A DNA stretch of 29,048 nt. It comes from Octopus sinensis (Eukaryota). Positions 21,019-29,048 of this stretch are shown here, piece by piece. The translations under genes and the position numbers were made by a program. The DNA lies in contig NW_021833171.1 of the NCBI RefSeq assembly GCF_006345805.1, positions 1-29,048 on the forward strand. Reading direction: 5' to 3'. How positions within the stretch are numbered: the stretch's first letter is position 1; every line of letters starts with the position of its first letter. The notes below the pieces were generated by a model. The model searched no databases and was not told the DNA's origin. It saw only the letters and a list, made by a program, of their open reading frames with translations.

Positions 21019-21510
21019 TTTGTAGTACATACGTACGTATGTAATATTTGTGCAAACATTAATATTAATATCTCTCCCTACATATATATTATATATATAT
21101 ATAATTATATAGATATATATATATATATATAGCATATAATAGATAAATATATATGCACATTCAAATATATTCCTATATGTATTTTTATATGTGTATATAT
21201 AAATGTATATTATATATTTGGATGTATGTATTTGTATATATATGTAAAAATATGTACATATAAATGTATATATGCATATAAATATATATATACATAAATA
21301 TTTATATATATATTTATATATACATATTCATTTGTAATTACGTACGTATGTATGTAATATATGTGCACACATTAATATATATATATATGCGTTCATATGT
21401 ATGCCTATGTGTATACATGAAGTATATCTGTGTGTAAATATATATATATATATATGTGTGTGTGCGTGTGTGTTATAAATATATATTTGCAGGTATGCAT
21501 GTGTATATAG

Positions 21511-21545
<35 letters not shown>

Positions 21546-21556
21546 ATATATATATA

Positions 21557-21594
<38 letters not shown>

Positions 21595-21595
21595 G

Positions 21596-21627
<32 letters not shown>

Positions 21628-21630
21628 CAT
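17640..21630. repeat. about 4-kb field of degenerate purine-pyrimidine alternating repeats ((TA), (TG), (CATA), (GATA)) with short unique islands
   Basis: Directly visible. Confidence 0.85.
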
Positions 21631-21779
21631 ATCTAAGCTTGCCAGCTGGAAGCTATACATTCTGTCCTGATGTTGATATATTGCACTGGTCGCTGACACA
21701 GAAATACATTAGCAAACAAAACAATGATGTACACGTCCAAAAAAAAATCACTCTCTGAACAATAACAAGAACAGCATTA

Positions 21780-21799
21780 TAAACAACAACAACAACAAC

Positions 21800-21855
<56 letters not shown>

Positions 21856-21889
21856 CAACACAACAACAATAATAATAATAATAATGATA

Positions 21890-21962
<73 letters not shown>

Positions 21963-21995
21963 CAACAACAAAAAACTATAATCATAATCATTTCT
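21780..21995. repeat. (AAT)n/(AAC)n array
   Basis: Directly visible. Confidence 0.95.
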
Positions 21996-23750
21996 TATTT
22001 TTTCACAAGGGCGAGAAGGGTCCGATTGGAAACTTTATTTGCGGAAGTGATTTTTTGTTATTTTATTTTACATGAGTGTAAAAGAAAAAAAAAACAATAA
22101 CATAAGCGATGTTATATGTATTGGAAAAGGGAAACCGTCACAGAATGAGAATTAGGGCACCGTGCAACAATTTTTGGGAATACCCTTCATTACTAAATCA
22201 AGTGGCTTTAATCTTTTCTGAAATTTAAGACACAAATTTACATTACTAACACTCCTTCGCATTTAGGAAACTTTAGTTGACAGCAATTGTGTTTTGACCG
22301 CAAAAGTATTTGAATTTACATTTTTCTCTTTAAATAGTATTCCCCACAGTAATTGCTAAACTATGATTATTTCTATTATTTCTCGACCCGTCATTAGTGC
22401 GGCGAATTGTTTGAAACAAATAATATCAAGATCAGTCATACCTGTACAAACTTCAGCAAAGGATACTTGTATAAAATCATAATGGTTGGGTGTATATACA
22501 TGAAGTCCACGATCATGTCTCTTAAATTAAACCTTTAAATAAACCTATTGCCATCGAAGTAAAATTTCAAATACTTAATGTTGAAATATAGAAATATAGA
22601 ACTGTAAAAGGAGAGACACTTTCGAATATCGTTATCTAAACCATAAATCCACGAGGATGAATGCGCAAAAGCCATTAATCCACGTTGGTGAATGTCTTTT
22701 CCAAAATGATATTTGAGAGAGAGAAGTGTTCCGAATTTGATAAAAAACTGGTCAAACGACAAAGAAAGTATATCATGTATATTTGTAAGAAAGCACTGCT
22801 AGCTATGTATAGCTGAAAATTTTCATATATTAGCAAAGCTAAGGCGTTGTTTTATACTGAAAGATAGAGTTAACGTCAAATTGCTGTCGTAACAATTAAT
22901 TCTGTCTGGCAATATCAAGTAGAGAAATTAAATTAAGTTGATCGACATGGTATTATAGTGAAATAGCCATCAGTTTTAACGATACCCTGTATGGCTGGGT
23001 ACCGTCGAGAAAGACGTTAGTATTGGTAATGTTGCTTTGTTGATGTACTGCCAAGTTATTGAATGTCTATCAATCTTGTATATGTGCATTATATATCTTA
23101 TTCAGTTATTAATCTACAGATTTTCCTGTTGAATTTAGAGCCAGCACTGAAAGTTACGACGTTTCGTGTACGAACACGCCTATGTAAACAATACAATCGA
23201 AGATAGAATGAATATGCAATGGGTGTATATACATATTTCAGGAATAATTTCTCCCTCGTCAGTAACACATCCAAGCAATTAACCATCCACGACTACATTA
23301 CTTAAATAGCCACTAAGTTTAGCAGTCTCCGGACTAGCAATTAATATGTATGTACCAGTTGCCAGGTTTGCGTTTAGTATGTAAAATTGATAAATCCAGT
23401 TGGGTTACACGACTAAAGCGATTTAAGCAATATGTTCGTGAATAGTTGATGAGTTGAATGTGGTTTTGAAGAAAGAGCATTACACCCGTTGTCTAATTTG
23501 CTGTATTCGATTGCATTGATTATGTAGTCTTATACGCAAAGGAAACTTCATAACTTTGAGTGCTAGCTCTAAACTCTACTGAATATCTATAGATATACAC
23601 TCAACAAAAGAAACATAATACGCTAGATTGATTGATAGTTAGACAGACAGACAGACAGATTATTTTGGAATACAGAAATGAATTTGGATTGACAATTGTA
23701 GTCACATAAACACGTACTCAATACTGTTTCCTAGAGTGCTACAACATTAA

Positions 23751-23885
23751 TTCTTTTCTACTCTAAGCACAAGGCCCGAAATATTTGGGGAGGGGGGGTC
23801 CAGTCGATTAAATCGAACCCAGTGCGCGGCTGGGACTTAATTTATCGACCCCGGAAGGATGAAAGGCTAAGTCGACCCCCGGCGG
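23751..23885 (-). mobile_element. SINE family A, 3' part
   Basis: gcacaaggcccgaaat...atttatcgaccccggaaggatgaaaggctaagtcgaccccggcgg. Confidence 0.85.
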
Positions 23886-24099
23886 TGCCACAACATTTAT
23901 TAAGTAACGAACGTGCGTGGGTTGCAGCTCTGAATCGGAATCTGTTTCTCGGGCAACGGAATATTCTTATTAGAAATGGTTTTGGATATTCCTCGTTTGC
24001 AATGCTGTCTCTGGATTATGCTGGCTTGGAGATTATCTGGAAGCGGGGACGGGGATAATGTTTTCGTTGTGAGTGGGTTAGTGGTAAATATAAGGGAAA

Positions 24100-24660
24100 G
24101 GCGGGGGGTGTAGAGTAAGAAACGGAATAATAGCGAGAACAGTGGGGGTGGGAGGGAATGAAGAGTTGGAGAAAAGTAAAAGAGAGCGAGAGGAGGAGAA
24201 AGAGGGGGAGAAGGGGGAGGAACGGAGTGACGGAGAGAAATATAGTCACAGATTTTGCTCAGAGCTGATTAGTAGGAGAGGGAAGGGGTGAAAGAAGGAG
24301 GAGTAGGAGGAGAAGAAGGGGAAGCAGAAGAAAGAGGAGGAGGAGGAGAAGAAGAAAGAAAGGAAGAAGAAGAAGAAGAAGAAGAAGAAGAAGAAGAAGA
24401 AGAAACAACGACGCAAAGAGGAGCAAAAGAAAAGAAAACAAGAAAACCAGGATAGAAGAGGATAGAGATAGAAAGAAAGAATAAAAATAAAGAAAGAAAG
24501 TGGGAGGTGGTAGATGAAAGGAGGAGGAGGAGGAGGTGGGAGATCAAAACCAGAACATATGAATGACAATGTCTGGCAAAAGACAAAGAACTCTGGAAGT
24601 GGATTGGATTCAATGATGCGTGAAGAATTTGGGTGAACAGCGAAAAAACAAAGGACAAGA
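24100..24660 (+). repeat. purine-rich (GAA/GGA/GAAA) low-complexity tract
   Basis: Directly visible. Confidence 0.9.
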
Positions 24661-24729
24661 AAATAACATTCGCTTCATATTGTGACTAATTAATCACAAA
24701 TTCCACCATTTTTATGCCTCAACGTGCAC

Positions 24730-24911
24730 GATCCATTTTCTCTTACAGTTCTTTATTTTTACGGTTTTTTTTTTGTTTTTGCTTTTTTTTTTCGTCTAGA
24801 CAATCAATGTCTTGTTCTTGCTGTTCTTCTTATTCTTGTATTACTTATTTTGTCATCGCTCTTCGTCTTTTTTTGTCTTTCTTTTCTTGTTTCTCTCTGT
24901 CCTATCCCCCA

Positions 24912-24942
<31 letters not shown>

Positions 24943-25330
24943 AATTATTATTATTATTATTATTCTCATTCTTTTTTTTCTTCTTCTTCTTCTTCTTCTT
25001 CTTCTTCTTCTTCTTCTTCTTCTTCTTCTCTTCTTCTTCTATTCTTCTTCTATCTACGTCTTCTCGTCTTTCTTCTTTTCGTCTTTCTTTGTTCTTCTCT
25101 TCTTTCTTTTTTTCTTCTTTTTCTTCTTCTTTTTCTTCTTCTTCTTCTTCTTCTTCTCCTCCTCCTTCTTATTCTTCTCAGGTCTATCTTAACTCGTATC
25201 TAATTACACTAACTCTTCTTTCGGTTCAGCTTCTTCCTCTCTTCTACTACACCATGTCTTAAACTTATGCTTCCTCTCCTTTCGTTTACGTTGCTCTCCT
25301 GTTTTTTTTTCTCTTTTTTTTTTTTTGAAT
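24730..25330 (+). repeat. pyrimidine-rich (CTT)n/(ATT)n/poly-T low-complexity tract
   Basis: Directly visible. Confidence 0.9.
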
Positions 25331-25648
25331 CATTTAAGCTACTAATGACCGACAAATCCCACACAGATTATACTTAATGCCAAATGATCTAAAGGATAAA
25401 ACATGTGATCAGAGCTATACTGGAAACGAATTCTAAGCACGGACAATCAATCGTCCGACAAACGGAACCGAGAATCTTCGACTAGCAATTCACAAAGTCT
25501 CAACATGGATAATGGTCAAGTAAATTGTATACACACATACAAACAGACATGTGTGTGTGTGGTGTGTGTGTGTGCGTGTGTATGAGTGTGTGTGAGTATG
25601 TGTGTGTGTGTTTATGCATACGGATATATATACATACAGATATTACAT

Positions 25649-25706
25649 GGTGCTCCAGCGTGGTAGCAGTCAAGTGACTGAAACGATTAAAAGAAGAATA
25701 AAAGAA
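25649..25706 (+). mobile_element. SINE family C-type 3' tail
   Basis: ggtgctccagcgtggtagcagtcaagtgactgaaacgattaaaagaagaataaaaga is homologous to 5742-5790 (reverse complement) and similar to 14852-14903. Confidence 0.6.
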
Positions 25707-25746
25707 TATATATAGTCACGTATACTCAAAAGTAAATATGAATATC

Positions 25747-25786
<40 letters not shown>

Positions 25787-25994
25787 TATATGTATACATA
25801 CATAACTACATATATACATACATGCACACATATAGACACAGACACATAAACAACACGCACACACATACACACACATATATATATATATGTACACATGCAT
25901 ACATGCATACAAAGATACATACATACATAAATAGATAAATGCATACATACACATACATACATACCATACATACATACATACATACATACATACA

Positions 25995-26026
<32 letters not shown>

Positions 26027-26029
26027 CAT

Positions 26030-26420
26030 CCGAAGCAAAACCAGCATCGACTGGAAAGGGAGAAAGAAACGCTACGCCATTGTGGAGTACGGATGGACGA
26101 ACAGGCCGACATTGTTGCACAGACTTGTTCCACGGCCGCCATGACAGACGCCCGCAGAAGATGGTTGGAATGATGATGGTGGCCATGTTAGACGTCAGTT
26201 AATTTGTCGCAATGATTGATGGGATATAAATAAAGGAAATCAATGGTGGCGTTAAATTAAAATCGCTTTTTCATCTAACGATACGATGGAAATGATCTAG
26301 GTAAGAGGAAATGAAAGCTTAGATTGATGTTACTAAATTCGGACTTGACAAGATGGCGAACGTCAACACCGCGTGTGGATACGAGAAGGGGTGGAGTAAG
26401 AGGGGATATAAATGTCTGTG
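26030..26420. promoter_or_regulatory. CpG-rich unique patch, candidate regulatory element or non-coding exon
   Basis: About 13 CpG in 26030-26210. It also contains a YY1-type CAAGATGGCG near 26350, a CRE-like GACGTCA near 26181, and a plus-strand donor AG|GTAAGA after 26300. Confidence 0.25.
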
Positions 26421-27401
26421 TTATAAAGTAATAAATGTATAGGATACACTGCGATCGTACACATGACCATAGATGCATACATACATACCTACACATATAT
26501 AAATACGTACAAATATATACACGCATACATACGTACATACGTACGTAAATACATACATATATACATACATACATACATACATATATACATACATACATAC
26601 ATACATACATACATACATACATCATACATACAGATATAGAGACGGACAGAGAGACAGACCTACACATAATTCTGTTTGTGTTCATAATAATGGACTGAAA
26701 TGAGAGATCAAAGAGGATAAAGACGTACACACACTCGTATATACAGCACACACACACATACGCACATATATATATTTGTATATGTATGTAATACATATAT
26801 ATATATATGTATATATGTATAAATACATTCATATATGTAGATATATATCATTGTCTTACCCCACACCACAAGTAATGGTTAGTGCTCCCACTTCCCATAG
26901 ATACCCATTACTCTGATAGATCGATAGATAAATATATTGATAGATAGCAAGAATATGATGCGTGCACACATACGAGCAGGCAGAAACACATACATATTTA
27001 TATAATATATATATATATATATATGTACGTACGTATGTATGTATGTATGCATGTATGTATATATATACATATATATATATATGTATGTATATACATATAT
27101 ATATACATATACACACACATATATATATGATGTGTGTATTTAAACACACTCGTGCGTATGTATATTTCTGTGTGTGTGTGTGTGTGCGTGTGTTAATACT
27201 TATTCTTTGTGTCTATATATAGATTTGAGCGGACCTATGATTATATCTCTAAATAGATTGAGGAATAGATTGTAATGGCCAACATATATGTATGTATATA
27301 TGTGTGGGTGTGTATGTATGCATGTATGTATGATTATGTGTAAAGATGCATATATATACATATATATACATAAATTATGACATATATATATAGGCAGACA
27401 G

Positions 27402-27442
<41 letters not shown>

Positions 27443-27932
27443 CTTATATACAGAGTGGGAGAAGGAGAGGAATAAGGTTAAAGAGAATTGGAGACGGAGA
27501 AATAATCACGTGTGATGAGTGGATGACTTAGGTTATTATGGGGAAAAAAAAGAACCAAAATAAAAGACAAAAAAATGTCTTCCAACATTAAAATTCAATT
27601 CTCTGCTGAAAGACTCTCAGACACAGGATGGAATATTGTCGAGGTGTTTAAATATAGATTGATCAAGCTAGTCTTATACAATACCTCCATCCGACTTAAC
27701 GTGTCTGTTGGTACTTAGAGGGTCGTTAAACTTTATCCTGCTACGAATTTAAATTTCAGTAACTTTTGTTCTATGTTTGGTGGAAATGCTTCGTGATAAC
27801 GACAAGGGAAGGAATGGTTTAATTCCTTTGTCTTTGTGATTGGTTACATACAAATTATTCAAAATATATTTTGCAGTCGGTTTTCAGTTTACACTCTGAA
27901 TCCCATAAATTAACCTGTTGTTAAATGTAAGC

Positions 27933-28253
27933 TGGCACTCCGTCGGTTGCGACGACAAGGGTTCCAGTTGATCCGATCAACGAAACAGCCTACTCGTGGA
28001 ATTAACGTGCAAGTGGCTGAGCAATCCACAGACGCGTGTGCCCTTAAAGGAGTTCTCAGGGAGATTCAGCGTGACACAAAGTGTGACAAGGCTGGCCCTT
28101 TAAAATACAAGTACTACTTATTTTTGCCACTTGAGTGGACTGGAGCAATGAGAAATAGAGTGTCTTGCTCAAGGGCAAAACGCGTCGCTGGGAATTGAAC
28201 ACACAACCTTAGGATCGTGAGCCGAGTACGCTAACCAATAAGCCACGCACCTT
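27933..28253 (-). mobile_element. tRNA-derived SINE, family B, near full length
   Basis: The minus-strand head gcgtggcttattggttagcgtactcggctcacgatcctaaggttgtgtgttcaattccc and the body are homologous to 3237-3533. Confidence 0.9.
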
Positions 28254-28741
28254 CATAGTCTTTAAATACAACTGGTACTCCATCGGTTTCGAAAATAAGT
28301 GGATCTCATAAACGAAACACACTCGCGTACTCTTCTCGCGAGTCAGGCGCCTTCACAATAGTCTTAAATGCTCCTGAACTTTATGTGTGACTTCGTGGCC
28401 AATGTCCACCAACAAAATTGTATCTTAACAAATGGCAATTTGAGCCATATTTCGTCCCCTAAGAAGAGGGAACTTTCAAATCTATTCAGCGTGGAAACAA
28501 ATATGGCAGATTTCCGGCTCGTTCCAACTAACACTATTTTTGAAAATCAAAAACTTTATGAAACCGGTTAAGTAAATCTAAATAGATTTTCGTAAAGTCA
28601 CCGAGGGTATTTTCAACATTTTTTTATACTTCTACTCGTGTAAAATGAATATATTTTACTGTTTTTATTTGTGTTAGTCTCTATTCGTGGACGTGTTCGT
28701 ATATGAACGTGTGGGGGATGTACCTCAGTGGTGAGTACTCG

Positions 28742-28850
28742 ACTGGCCTAGTGGTTAAGCAAGTTGATCCGCGATCATAAGGTCATTGGTTCCTTTCTCA
28801 CCAGCAGGAACATTGGCTCCTTAGACAAGATACTTAGCTCTTGTCTACCA
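28742..28850 (+). mobile_element. degenerate tRNA-derived SINE head
   Basis: A-box tggcctagtggttaag, then gatcataaggtc..ggttc, then a CORE-like tccttagacaagatactt. Confidence 0.5.
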
Positions 28851-28988
28851 GTAACGTTAGCACTGTAGTTAGCTGTACCAGTAAGTTGTTAACGCTACCG
28901 TGCTAACTACGTGGAATGCATTAAGCAATGGACAACTATATTCTATTTTTTGCCCTTTGCCCTTTTTGTCCTTTATATATATATATGT

Positions 28989-29048
28989 GGAGGCGCAATG
29001 GCCCAGTGGTTAGGGCAGCGGACTCGCGGTCGTAGGATCGCGGTTTCG
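28989..29048 (+). mobile_element. tRNA-derived SINE, family D, 5' head (cut by window end)
   Basis: ggaggcgcaatggcccagtggttagggcagcggactcgcggtcgtaggatcgcggtttcg has an A-box and the start of a B-box but no canonical anticodon arm. Confidence 0.75.

Noticed and set aside
23225-23268. CTGACGA-ggga..ttcct-GAAA on the minus strand as a hammerhead
   Set aside because: The core and stem II fit, but stem III is 3 A-U pairs and stem I needs a bulge. Such a match is expected by chance in 29 kb.
23822-24058. 78-aa ORF MRGWDLIYRP...
   Set aside because: It starts inside an antisense SINE, and the remainder has no recognisable motif.
2073-27222. Dozens of long ORFs in the track (poly-I, YI, CV, poly-D/M/H/L etc.)
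   Set aside because: They are stop-free readings of microsatellites, with no domain content.
28989-29048. tRNA genes here and at 3237, 8613, 12123, 28253 and 28742
   Set aside because: Only A/B-box heads are present, without a closing acceptor stem. Those with downstream sequence continue into SINE bodies or break off.
1-29048. CRISPR arrays, rRNA or prokaryotic operon-like systems
   Set aside because: No repeat-spacer arrays, rRNA motifs or dense intact ORFs. The sequence is eukaryotic repeat-rich DNA.

Overview
AT-rich eukaryotic non-coding DNA, most likely from an octopus. This is inferred from tRNA-derived SINE families I recall from Octopus genomes and was not checked against a database. 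By eye, a third to a half of the window is microsatellite or low-complexity sequence, and nearly all ORFs in the supplied track are translation artefacts of these repeats. No host protein-coding gene can be identified with confidence. The recognisable content is decayed transposable elements: four R4/Dong-type (restriction-like endonuclease) LINE fragments, a possible HERO-like LINE end, a CR1/L2-group LINE 3' end, mariner remnants (one nested with a SINE piece and the LINE, with a tandemly duplicated C-terminus), and about 16 SINE copies or fragments from about four families. The best leads are two minus-strand hammerhead-ribozyme-like folds (3943-4005, 8211-8249), a 98-bp-arm inverted repeat (6570-6826), a 3' tail shared by the LINE and one SINE family, a repeat-free 1.6-kb island, a CpG-rich patch and a few unassigned candidate exons. 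I do not find evidence for a demonstrably new biological system.
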